Source of the DNA: the human T2T-CHM13v2.0 reference genome, Homo sapiens
NCBI RefSeq assembly: GCF_009914755.1
Contig: NC_060948.1
Length of the DNA stretch: 64,000 nt
Direction: 5' to 3' (one strand)
The notes beneath the pieces are model-generated. The model saw nothing but the letters and a program-made list of their open reading frames with translations, ran no database searches and was not told the origin of the DNA. The position numbers were made by a program, and so were the translations under genes. This document shows positions 26,601 through 39,834 of this stretch, piece by piece (position 1 is the stretch's first letter; the number at the start of each line of letters is the position of its first letter).

Positions 26601-29600
26601 CATAGATTGTGAGCAGAAATAAGGTCAGATGGGGTGAGGATACAATCTGGTGAGGGGTGAAAGTGGTCTCCCAACTTCACCAGCAAAACATAAAGACAGA
26701 TAACACAGAAAGTGCTTCCAACTTCATCTCTGCATCCCCTTAATTGCACAAGCAGTCCACACCATGGCTCGGTGTTCTGGTGGGAGTACTTTAATCTGCA
26801 AGGAATATTTGGAGGGCAAATTGGGGCCATTTTTGCAAACTCCCAATTTAAGAGCCTTCATACATGAGCCAAATGGGAGGAGTATTGATTGATGCTGGGT
26901 TGGATGTGGCCTCCGTACTTGCCTTTTTCCCCCTGACTTCTATGTTTTTCATCAACCTAGGGTTTCCTCTTTCTGGCTCAATGACTTCCACACTAAATGT
27001 TTCCCAATTCATAGAGAACAACCCTCCTGGGAATCCATTGCATGAGTGTTTCCTTCTAAACATTGTCACCTTTTAAAGACTGGGAAGCTTTGATAGTTTT
27101 AAAACGGTAAATTCTTGTTACACCCACCAACAAGGAATCTGTTTTTTTTCCCACTTCTATCACAGGGTTGCATGTTTACTCTAGGATGAGAAGGAGGCAG
27201 CCACGTCTGGCTTTAGCCTGATAATCTAGCCCCTGTTTCATCTCATCTGCATGGACTTCTCATTGTGGAGGGGCCCTTTCACTGGGCTATTGCTGGCTAG
27301 GACTGCCACTTGCCACAGATTATTTTGCTGCCAGGGATTTCAGAGAGTAAAAGGGACTTTGATAAACTGGCTGCACTCCATATTGTGGATCATTGTCTCA
27401 TCGTAGAGGCTGCAGTTGTTTGCACTTTGCAGGAGGCTTTTGGTTTCTGACAGGAATCTTGAACATTGCCTGGACTCCAGCAAAGGCAGCTCATTCTTAG
27501 GTGAACCTTGGTTTTTCTTTGTTTTCTTGGGGAATCCATAGTGCCCCCCAACAGCAGCACTGCACACCATTTTCAAGCTTGCCATCACCACAGATGGCCT
27601 CTGAGACACTGTCTCAACTACATCTGCACAAGTGAGAGGCCATTCCAAGATGTGAGAACACTGCTCCACATTAGACTTGCCTTTGTCATGGTTCTTGCCT
27701 TTCATAGATAGCCCCTGCAAGGCTCAGAATGAAGGGAGCCATTGAGTTCAAAAGCCCAATCATCTTTTGCTGACATCCACTTCTGGTGTCTCAGGTATGT
27801 TTCTGTCACCCAAAGAACACTCAACGACACACCAGATTATATTCCAATCCCCTTGGGACCCAATTATTGCACACACCCTCTTTCGCTAATGGAGTTAGAA
27901 GAGCAGTTTCCAGCGACCACCTCACAGTCGCGAAACACCTCTTCCTCCAGCGCGACCTGAACAAGGAAATGGCTAGCAGGGTCCCTGAGGTCAAGACTTT
28001 CAGGGTCCTGCAGCGGGTTTTTATAGTCAGCCTTTTTCCCAATACCAAGCCAGCTCTGCCTGTACCATTATCCACTGCAGAGGCAGGCTGACAGCTCTGA
28101 CAACCTGACTTGAGTCTGCCTCACAAATGCACTTGCGCTAGTCTCAGCGCACCTGGTCTGATTGTGAGCTCTGTCTAGCATCACAATAAATGTCACCATT
28201 GCCTTGCAAGAAGCATCTGCATCTTGGTGGAAAAGGAGACCTCCGTGGAGAAGTGTCAGCGGTGTCTTCTCGTCTGTCTTCTCTGTGAAATCCACAGATA
28301 GTCTCATGATCCTAGGAGAGGGCAGACGTTAGCCAGCGTGAAGGAACATCAAGCTTAGCTACAGAAATAAACCGCAAAATCCTTAAACATCCAAAAAGAT
28401 CTGCAAGATTTTGTAGGCCTGCCTAGATATTGTAGGGGTGAGTCTTTTTGAAACTTGCCCCACTGTGGTTTCTAGGTACAGCCTGTCTATGTTCCCTGGG
28501 ATTGCTCTCTCCCAGGTGGGAATTCCTGCAGAGCTATGCAGCCTCGGGTGCTGCTGGGCTATGTTCTTCTGTGGGAGTGTTGCAACTGTTGGATATGTGT
28601 GTGTGTGTGTCATTGCGTGTTTGAGAATGTGTTTGTGGCTGTAAGTGGAGTCTGCTTAAATAATATGGCTAACGCACTTCAGTGCTGCTGCTTTTTTTTT
28701 TTTTTTTGTATGTTTCAATCTTTGTTGGCCTGCCTGTTGCTCTGCTTGTGCTTTGGGGCTCCATGTTCTTTATTTTTCTGTGGATCATGAATCTGCATTG
28801 CATTGGGAGGTGGGCCAAGACACACAATTGTCCAAATCAACTCCCCCCACAAAAAAAGCCACTCTTCTAGAAAGAAGAGGAGCACACCACACCAGAAACA
28901 GACATCTCGCAGTGTTTCACTGTCTCAACCTTATCTGCACAGTCCAAGGCCAGTCTGAGGTGTAAGAATAACCTCAACTGCACAGTGAAAGACCAGTCCA
29001 AGGTATGAGAACACTCCTCTACATTGGATTTGCCACTGTTGTGGTTTCTACCTTCCCCAGAGAGCTTCTGAGAGACCCAGGATGAAGGGATGCAGTGAGG
29101 TCAAGAGCCCAACCTTCTTTCACTGACACCCACCTCTAAGTTCTCAGGTATGATTCTGTCACCCAAACAACCCTCAACAACACAACAGATTATATTCCAA
29201 TTCTTATGGGACCAGATTATGGCTCACAGCCTGTTTCAAAAATGGAGTCAGAAGGGCAGTTTCCAGCGAACAGGTTACTATCTCAAAATATTTCCTCCGG
29301 CAGTGGGACCTGACCATGGAGACAGCCCAAAGGGGCCTTCAGGTCGAGACATTTAGGGTCCCACAGTGGGTTTTCACACACTGCCTTTTTATTAAAAACA
29401 GGCCTACTCTGCCTGTACCATTTTTCTCTGCTTAGGATGCCACCTTGCTTACACACAGGCAAAAACCTCTGCAGGATTTTTCAGGCCACCCTAGATGTTG
29501 TAAGCATGAGTCTTTTGAAACTTGCCTAACTGTGATTTCTAGGTGTAGCCAACCAGGGTTTCTTGTGCTTGCTCTCTCCCAGGTTGGGATTCCTGCAGAA

Positions 29601-32600
29601 TCACATAGCCTCTGGAGCTGCTGAGCTGTGTTTTCCTGTGGGAGTGTTGCGAGTGTTGGATGTCTGCATCTGTGTGTGGCATTGGGTGTGTGTGTGCACC
29701 TGTCAGTGGAGTGTGCTTGAAATTATGTGGCTAACCCACTTCAGCCCTTTGTCTTTCTCTTTTTTTTTTTTTTTTTTTAGTCTCCCAACCTTTCTGGTGG
29801 AGGATTTCGAGTGTTGGATGTCTGCATCTTTGTGTGGCATTGTGTGTGTGTGTGTGACTATAAATGGAGTCTGCTTAAAGGAATATTACTTATGCACTTC
29901 AGTGCTTTCTGTTTTTGAGTCTTCCAACATTTTGGTGGCCTGTGTTTCTCTGCTTGGGATGTGGGACTTTCTCCAGGTAGTGCTTCCTGCACAACAATGC
30001 AGCCTCAGTAGCTGCTGGGCTGTGTATTTCTGTGGGAGTATTTTGAGTGTAGGATGTCTGAGCGTGTGTGTGGCATTGTGTGTTCAAAAAAAGCCACTCT
30101 TCTAAAAAGAAGAGGAGCACACCATGCCAAAAAGAGGTATCTCCTAGTGTGTCATTGTCATGAGGCCAACCCAGGCATAGACACTGGCAGTCCTGTCCAC
30201 TGGGCACTTTGAATTAATCTTGAATTCAGTTCCCAGCTGAGCAAGTGATTCACATCTTGTGGCGGGGGGCACTTCTCCATCATCTTTTGATTTCATCCTG
30301 GAACATACAGTATGAGCAGGAATAAAGTCAAATAGCAGTAAGGACAAAATCTGGTGAAGGGTGTATAAGGTTTTGCAATATCACCTGAAAAAAATAAAAT
30401 AAAGATGGATGACACAGAAGCTGCTTCCAAGTAAATAGCCTGGTGTTCAGGTGGACATGCAGAGAACATTTTGAGAACAAATTGGGGCCATCCTGGCAAA
30501 CTCTCAATGTGAGGGCTTTCATACCCAGAGCCACATGAAAGTGTGATGGATTGATGCTGGGTGGGATGTGGCCACCACACTTGTGTCTTCATGTTCCTTT
30601 TTGGCCTAGGGTTTTCTGGGTCTGGTTCCACATCTTCTACACTAGAAGTTTCCCAGTTCACAGAGGACCACTCTCATGTGAATCCATTGCATCAGTGTTT
30701 CTTCCTAGACTCTGTCACATTTTGATGACTGGGCAATATGAGACTTTTAAAAGCATAAATTCCCGTTACAACTGCCAATACAGAAATTTTTATTCTCCTT
30801 TTATCAAAGAGCTGCATGATTCCTGTAGGAGGAGAAGCAGGCAGCTGTGTTCTGCATTTTCCTGCTAATCTTGGCTCTGTTTCACTTCATCTGCATGTCA
30901 TTCCCTGCTGTGGAGTGGATCTTTCATTGGCTCTTGCTGGATGGGACTGCCTCTTGCTATAGATCTTTTCACTGCCAGGAATTTCAGGAAGCCAAAAGGA
31001 CTTTGCATATGGTGGCTACATGCCAGGATGTGGATCATGGTGTCCTTGTGGGGGCTGATGTTGTTTGCGCTTTGCAGGAGGCTTTTGGGTCCTCTGATGG
31101 GAATCTTTGAACTTTGCTTGTACTCCCACACAAGTCAGCTTGTTTGCTCAGATAAGCCTTCATTTTTCTTTGCTTTCAAGGGGAGTCCACATTGCCCCTC
31201 ATTAGCAGTACTGGACACCATTTTCTGTCTTGCAATTGCCATGGACCACCTCAGACATACTCTGTCAACCACATCTGCATCTGTGAAAGGCCAGTTTGAG
31301 ATATGAGAACAATGCTTTATCTGGGACTTGCTTTTGTTGTGGTTCCTGTATTTCCCAGAGAGCTCCTGTGAGGCCCAGGATGAAGGGAGGCAGTGAGGTC
31401 AAGGGCCTAACCATCTTTCACTGACACCCACCTCTTGGGTCTCAATGATGATTCCATCACCCAGAGATGCCTCAAAAACTCACCAGATGGTATTTCAATC
31501 CCCATGGGAATTAACTCTTGCACACATCTTCTTTTGGGAATGGAGGCAGAGGTGCAGATTGCAGCGACCCTTTCACAGTCTCAAAGTGACTTCTCCTTCT
31601 GCAGAACCCAACCTTGGAGACTGCCTGAAAGGGCCCTGTCATCTATATTTTTATGTCCAGTGGTGGGTTATTGCAGGCAGCATTTTTCCCTATACCAGGC
31701 AGGCTCTGCCTGTACCATTTTCCTCTGCTTAGGCAGGCTGACAGCTCTGATGAGTGCCTGAGCCTGCCTCAGAAATGCACATGTGCTAGTCTCAGAGCAC
31801 CAGGCCTGAGTGTGAGTGCTGGCTAGCATCACAATGAATGTCACTGCTGCCTTGTGACAATGCCCTGTGGCTTGGCAGAGGAGACCTCCTTGGAGATGCA
31901 TCGGCCGTGGACTCTCACCTGACTTCTCTGTGGTGTTCATGGGATTGTCCCATGATCCTAGAAAAGGGCAGGCATGAGCCAGCCTGAAGAAAAGTCAAGT
32001 ACACCTCCAGGAATAAACTGCAGAATCCCTTAGGATGCAAAAGGATATACAGGATTTCTCAGGACTACCCAGAAGTTTGTAGGGTTGAGTCTCTTTCAAA
32101 CTTGCACCACCGTGATTTCTAGGTACAGTTCCCTTGTGTTTCTTGGGGTTGCTGTCTCCCAGGTTGGGATTCCTTCCGAACAACACTGCCTCAGGGGCTG
32201 CCAGTCTTTGCTTTTCTATGAGAGTCTTGCATGTGATGGATGGCTGTGTGTGTGTGTGTGTAGCATTGTGTGTTTGTGTATGTGCGTGTTTATGTGTCTG
32301 TAAGTGGAGTGTGCTTAAAATAATGTGCCTAACACACTTCAGCACTTCTTCTTTAGTCTGCCAACCTTTCTGGTGGAGTGCTGTGAGTGTTGGATGTCTA
32401 CATGCATGTGGGTGGCATTGTGTGTTTGTATGTGTGTGTGTGTGAGAGACTGTAAGTGCAGTCTGCCTAAGGAATATTGCTAATGCACTTCAGTGTTTGC
32501 TGTATGTACATCTCCCAACCTTTTGGTGGCTTTTCTGTGTGGGTCTGCTTGGGCTACCTGCAGACCCAGTTGGTGCTACCTGCACAACAGCACAGTCTGA

Positions 32601-35600
32601 GTAGTAACTGGTTTGTATGTTTCTGTGGGAGTGTTGTGAATGTTGGATGTCTGAGTGTGTGTGTGGCATTGTGTGTGTGAGAAAAGCCACTCTTCTAGAA
32701 AGAAAAGGAGCACACCACACCAAAAATGAGACATCTCAGTGTTTCATTGTCTTGCAGCCAACCCAGGGAGAGATGCTAGCAGTCCTGTGCACAGGGCACA
32801 TTGAATTCACCTTGAATTCGATTCCCAGCCAAGCCAATAATTCATGTCTTAGGTCGGGGGGCTCTCAAATATCATCTTTGGATTTCATCCTGGTGCATAG
32901 AGTGTCAACAGCAATGATGTCAGATAGGAGTAAAGATGAAATCTGGGGAGGTGCATGGGATACCCCAACTGCACCTGTAAAAAAAAAAAAAAAAGAAAAA
33001 GGATGACAGACGACACAGAGATTGTTTCCAGCTAAACAGCCTGGTGTTCAGGTGGAAGTACTCCAATGTATGGGGAAAATTTTGAGTACACACTGGGGCC
33101 ATCCTGGCAAACTCCCAATGTGAGGGCTTTCATACCCAAAGGCAAAGGAGAGGGTGATGGATTGATGCTGGATGGAATGTGGCTGCCACACTTGCCTCTT
33201 CTTTTCCTGACTTTCATGATCTTCTTTGGCCTAAGTTTTCCTGGGTATGGCTACACGTATTCCACACTAAAAGTTTCCCAGTTCACAGAGGATGACTCTC
33301 TTGGGAATTCATTACATGAGGGATTCTTTCTAAACTCTGCCACATTTTAATGACTGGGCAGCTGTGATACTTTTAAAAGCATAAATTCCCATTACATCCA
33401 CCAACATAGAAACTCTTGTTTTCCCACTTTTATTGGAAGACTGCATGATTCCTTTAGGATGAGAAGCAGGCAGCCATGTCTGCATTTGCCTGGTAATCTT
33501 AGCTCTGTTTCACTTCATCTGCAAGTCCTTTCTCTCTGTGGAGTGGATATTTCATTGGCTTTTGCTGGATGGGACTGCCTCCTCCCTACAGATCTTTTGG
33601 CTGCCAGGAACTTCAGGAAGCCTATAGGACTTTGCGTATGCTGGCTATACTCCAGATTTTGGGTCTTTTTCTCCTTGTGGAGGCTGATGTTGTTTGCTCT
33701 TTGTAGGAGGCTTTTGGGTCCTCTGACAAAAATCTTTGAACATTATTTGGACTCCTGCACAAGTCAGCTTATTTGCTCAGATGAGCCTTCATTTTTCTTT
33801 GCTTTCATGAGGGTTCCACATTGCCCCTCATCAGCACTACTGGACACCCTTTTCTGGCTTGCTTTCACCACAGACAGCCACTGAGAAACTGTTTCCACCT
33901 CACCTGCACCCATTTTAAGGTGTGAGAACAGCCAGTTTAAGGTGTGAGAACAATGCTTTATCTTGGACTTTCTTTTGTCGTGGTTCTTACCTTTTCCCGA
34001 GAGCCCCTGTGAGGCCCGGTAACTCACCAGACTGTATTACAATCCCCATAGGAACTGCCTCTTGCACACAGCCTCTTTCCAGAATGGAGGCAGAGTATCT
34101 GATTGCAGCGACCACTTCACAGTCTCAAAATGAGTTCTCCTTCAGTGGAACTCGACCTCAGAGACTGCCCAAAAGGGCCCTATGGCCTAGACTTTTTGGG
34201 TCCAGCAGTGGTTTATCACAGTGCCTTTTCTTTGTTCCTCTTTTTGGTCAGGCTAACAGCTCTGACAGCCAGGCCCCAGAACATGCCTCTTGAATGCGAA
34301 GGCACTGGTCTCAAGGCACAAAGACTGAGCTGTGAGTTTTGATTAGCGTCACAGTGAATGCCACCATTTCCTAGAGACAAGTTCCTGCAGGTTGGCGGAG
34401 AAGAAGACCTTTTTACAGGTGCTGTCGGTGGTGGACTCTCACCTGTTTTCTCTGTGGGAATTACTGTATAGTCTCCTGATTTTAGGAGAGGGCAAATATG
34501 AGCCAGCCTGAAATAATGTCAATAAGAGCACCAGGAATAAACCATGAATTCCAGAAGGATCCAAAAGGGTCTGCAAGATGCTTCAGGCCTGCCTAGGCAC
34601 TGTATCCTCACCCCTGTGAGTGAGTGAGGGGTGAGTGCTTTTGACACTTGCCCCACTGTGATGTATAGGTACAGCCCTCCTGTGTTCCTTGGTGTTGCTC
34701 CCTCCTAGGTGTGGCTTCCTGCAGAACCAAACTGCCTCAGGAGCTGATAGGCTGTGTGTTTCTGTGGGAGTGCTGCAAGTGTTGGATGTCTGCCTGTGTG
34801 TTTGACTTTGTACATTTGTGTGTGTGTGTGTGTGTGTGCCTGTAAATGGAGTCTGCTTAAAGGAATGTGGCTAACACACTGCAGCACTTCATTTTGTTGA
34901 GTCTCCAACCTTTTGTTGTCTTCCTGTACGCCTCTGTTTGGGACATAGAACTCCATGTTCTTTATTTTTTTGTGAATCATGAATCTGCAGTGAGTTGGGA
35001 GGCTGGCCGAGACATGCTGCTGTCCAAGTCACCATGCCCTGCAAAAAAAGCAACTCTTCTAGGTAGAAGAGAGTCAAACCACACCCAAGAGCAGACATCT
35101 CCCAGGTTTTCATTGTCATGTGGCCAACCCAGGGAGAGACAATAGCAATCCTGTCTACAACAACCCTTGAATTTACCTCAGGTTATATTCACAGGTGAAC
35201 ACGTGCTTCACATCATGAGGGTTACTCCTCCTTTGTCCTGGGTTTTCATCCTTGGACAGATAGTTTGAGCAGCAGTAAGGTCAGACAGGGTGGGGATACA
35301 ATCTTGTGAGGGGTGGATGGGGTCTCACAACTTCACCTGCAAATAAGGTGAAGACAAATGACACAGAAGATGCTTCCAACTGAATCCCTACATTCCACTA
35401 TTTGCACAAGTAGTCCACACCATGGCCCATTGTTGAGGTGGGAGTACTCCAACATGCAGAGAACATTTGGAGTGCAAACTGGGGACATCCTGGCAAACTC
35501 CAGATTTGAGCGCTTTCATAGGCAAAGCCAAATGGGAGTGGGATGGACTAGTTCTGGGTGAAATATGGCCTCCACACTTGCCTGTTTTTTTCATGTCTTC

Positions 35601-38600
35601 CATGTTCCTCTATGGCCTATGGCATGCTGCATGTGGCTCAAAATCTTCAACACTAAACCTTTCCCACTTCATGGAGGTCGAACTAATTGGAATCCATTGC
35701 ATGAGTGTTTCCTTCTAATCACTGTCACATTTTAATGAATGGGCAGCTGTATTTATTTTTAAAGCATCAATTCCCATTACAGCTGCCAACAAGGAAACTT
35801 TCGTTCTCCCACTTTTATTGGAAGGCTGCTTGACTCCCGTAGGATGAGAAGCAGGGAGCCGTGTTTGGATTCACCTAGTAACCAAGGCTGTGTTTCACTT
35901 CATCTGCACTTCCTTTCTCATTGTAAACAGACTCTTTCATTGAGCTTTTGCTGTATGGGACTGCCACTCACAATGGTTCTTTTGGCAAGCAGAATTTCAG
36001 GGAGCAAAAAGACTTTGGTCGGCTGGTGGTGTTCCAGGTTTTGTGTCATGGGCTTGTTGTAAAATCTGAGGTTGTTTGCACTTTGTGGGAGGCTTTTGGT
36101 TCCTCTGGCAGAAATCTTTGAACATTTCTGGAAATCCAGGACAAGTCCACTCATTCTCACAGGTGAGCCTTGATTTTTCTTTGCTTTCATGCTGGGCCCA
36201 CATTGCCCCTCAGCAGAAATACTGGCCACCATTTTCAGGCTTGCAATTGCCAAAAACGGCCTCTGAGACAATTTCACAGTATCAACTGCACCCATGACAC
36301 TCCAGTTCGGTGTAAGAACTTCTTGATATTGGACCTACCTTTTTCATGTTTCCTGCCTTTTGCAGAGAGCCCCTGTGAGGACCATGATGAAGGGAAGCAA
36401 TGAGATCAAGGGACTGGCTATATTTTACTGACACTCATTTTTGGTGTCTCAGGTATAATTCCATTACACAAAAATCCTTTAACAACTCACCAGACTATAT
36501 TCCAATTTAGATGGGTCCTGATTCTTGCACAAAGGCTCTTTCAGGAATGGAGTCAGAAGAGCTCTCCTAAGCAACCACCTCACAGTCTTGAAACGCGTCC
36601 TCCTCCAGTGGTACCCAAAGATGCAGACATCCCAAAGGGGTTCTAAGGTAGAGAATTTTAATGCTAGTCTCAGGACACTAGGGCTTAGATCTGAGCTCTG
36701 GTTAGAGTCACAATGAATGTCACATTTGCCCAGCGACAAGTCCCTGTGACTTGGCTGAGGAGGATACCTTTGTGGAGGTGCATCAGCAGTGGACTCTCAC
36801 TTTTATTCCCTGTGGAAGCCTCGGGATAGTCCCACGATCCTAGGAGAGGGCAGACATGAACCAGCCTAAAGAAACATCAGGCATAGCCCCAGGAATAAAC
36901 CACAAAATTGCTAAGGATCCAAAAGGAACTGCAGGATTTTTTAGGACTGGCTAGATGCTGTATTGGTTAGTCTTTCTGAAACTTGCCCCACCGTGCTTCC
37001 CAGGTAAAGCCTGCCAGTATGCCCTGGGGTTGCTCTCTGCCAGGGTAAGTTTCTTGCACAACCACGAAGCCTCAGGAGCTGCCAGCCTGTGTGTTTCTGT
37101 TGGAGTGTTGTGAGTGTTGGAGGCCTGCATGTGTGTGGCATTTTGTGTGTGTGTGTGTTTGTGTGTGTGTGTCTGTAAGTGGAGAGTGCTTAAATGAATG
37201 TGGCTAACACAATTCAGGGCTAGTTTTTTGAGTCTCCAACCCTTTTGGCTCTGCTTGAGCCACATCATAAGTCTCAGTGAATTGAGAGGCAGGCCATAAC
37301 CCACCCATGTCCAAATAATCTCCCCCTACAAAGCACAAAGCCATTCTTCTAGAAACAAGAGGAGCACACCACACAAAAACATAGATATCTTTAGTGTTTC
37401 ATTGTTATGTGGCCAACCCAGACAGAGACAGTAGCAGTCTTGTTTTCAGGGCCCCTTCAATTTACCTGAAATTCAGTCCCCAGCTTAGCAAGTGCTTCAC
37501 GTCCTGAGGGGGCACTCCTCCATCATTTTGGGATTTTATTTTGGGACACAGAGTATAAGCAGCCATAACATCGGATAGGGGTGAGAATTCAATCAGGTGA
37601 AGGTTGTCACCTGAAGACAGGTGACTCAGAAGGTACTTCCAACACCATCCCCACATTCCCTTAGTTGAAGAAGCAGTCCACACCATGGCTCAGTGTTCAG
37701 GTGAGTGTACAAGCTGGGGCCATCCTGGCAAACTTCCGATTTGAGGGCTTTCATACCCGGAACAAAATGGAAGTGGAATAAATTCATGCTAGGTGGAATG
37801 TGGCCTCCACACTTGCCTCATCTTTTCCTGACTTCCATGTTCCTCACTGGCCTACAGTTTCCTGGGTCTGGTTCAATGACTTCCAACACAGAACATTTCC
37901 CAGTTCACAAAGAACAACCCTCACGGTGATCCACTGTGTGAGTGTTTCCTTCTAAACACCATCACGTTTTAATGACTGAGCTGCTTTGATACTTTTAAAA
38001 CAGTAAATTCCTGTTACAGCCACCAAAAAGCAAACTCTTCCTCTCCCACTCCTATCAAAGGGCTGCATGACTTCTGCAGGGTGAGAAGCAGGCATTCATG
38101 TCTGGCTTTTGTCTGGTAGTCTATCTTCTGTTTCATTTCATCTGCCTGGTTTCCTTATTGTGGAGGGGCTCTTTCATTCAGCTGTTTTTCAGTAGGACTG
38201 CCTCTCTACACAGATAATTTAGTTACCAGGATTTCAGAGAGGAAAAGGGACTTCAGGTAGGCTGGCTGCACTCCAGGTTCTGGGTCATTGTCTCATTTGG
38301 GGGGCTGAAGTTCCTTCCACTTTACAGGAGGCATTTGGATCCTCTGACAGGAATCATTGAACATTGCTTGGACTCCAGCACAAGGCAGCTCATTCTAGAG
38401 AGATGAGGTTTTATTTTTCTTTGCTTTCATGGGGAATCTACAGTACCCCTAAACAGCAGTACTGACACAACTTTTTATCCTTGCCATGCCATAAATGGCC
38501 TTTGACACACTGTCTCAACCTCATCTGCACCCATGAGTGGTCAGTCCAAGGTGTGAGAACAGTGCTCCACCTTGGACTTGCCTTTGTCTTAGGTCCAGAC

Positions 38601-39462
38601 TTTCCCAGAGAGCCCCTGTGAGGCCCAAAATGAAGGGAGGAAGTGAGGTCAAGGGCCCAACTATCTTTCACTGACCCCAGCTTCTGGGGTCTCAGGTATG
38701 ATTCTATCATCCAAATAACCCTCAACAACACAGCAAACTATATTTGCATCCCCATCATACCCGATTCTTGCACATAGCCTCTTTTGAGACTGGAGTCAGA
38801 TGAGCAGTTTCCAGCGATCAGCTCACATTCTTGAAACGCCTCCTTCTCCAGCATGACATGGCCATGGAGATGCCATGAAGGGGCCCTGAGGTCCCCACTT
38901 ATGGTCCCACAGTGGGATTTCACAGGCAGCCTTTTTTCTCGCTACCAGGCTGCACTGCCTGTACCATTTTACTCTGCTTAAGCAGGCTGACAGCTCTGAC
39001 AGACAGGAAACATAGGCTGCCACAGGAATGGGCATGCACTACTCTCAGGGCACCAGGCCTGATTGTGAGCTCTGGCTAGCATCACAATGAGTGTAACCAT
39101 TGCCTAGCAACAAGTTCCTGTGGCTTGGTGGAGAAGAAGACCTCCGTGGAGTTGTGTCAAAGGTGGACTCTCACCTGTCTTCACTGTGGGATCCATGGTA
39201 TTGTTCCATGATCCTAGGAGAGGGCAGATGTGAGCCAGCCTGAAGAAACCTCAAGTAAAGTTCCAGCAATAAACCATGAAATCCCTAATAATAAAAAATG
39301 ATCTTCAGGATTCCTCATTCAACCTAGACATTGTAGGGGTGAGCCTTTTTGAAACTTACCCCACTGTGATTTCTAGGTAGAGCCAGGCTGTTTTCCCTGG
39401 GGTTGCTGTCTCCCAGGTGGGGGCTTCTTGCAGAACCAGTCAACCCCATTGCTGCATTCCTT

Positions 39463-39823
39463 TGTAGCAGGACAAGCCATGAACAAAACCCCTCAGACAC
39501 TGGATTAAAGAAGAAAGTGGCTTTATTCAGCTGGGAGTGTTGGCAGACTCCTGTCTCAGGAACTGAGCTCCTGGAAGAAACAGTTCCTGTCCCTTTTAAG
39601 TGCTTACAACTTTAAGGGGTTACACGTGAAAGGGTTGTAATAGATTGAGATCTAGAGATAGCACGTGTGGTTAGAGTGGTGGGTTAAACTTTTAACCTCA
39701 GGCCTGTTCATTAGTGGCACCAGCTGGTCTTGTCAATGATTTCATTCCTGATGTTTTTCAGCTTTTACTTCCTCCTTCTATTCAGAGAACAGGGGACAGT
39801 AAGAGAAATAGCCTTCCTCCTCA
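39463..39823 (-). mobile_element. 3' LTR, LTR2 family (HERV-E/Harlequin type)
   Basis: On the minus strand it starts TGAGGAGGAAGG right after the polypurine tract and ends ..GTCCTGCTACA (TG...CA termini). AATAAA is at 39522-39527 (minus). The subfamily within LTR2 is not resolved. Confidence 0.85.
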
Positions 39824-39834
39824 TCCCCCTCTTT
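39824..39834 (-). promoter_or_regulatory. Retroviral polypurine tract (PPT)
   Basis: Plus-strand TCCCCCTCTTT reads AAAGAGGGGGA on the minus strand and abuts the LTR TG. Confidence 0.85.
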
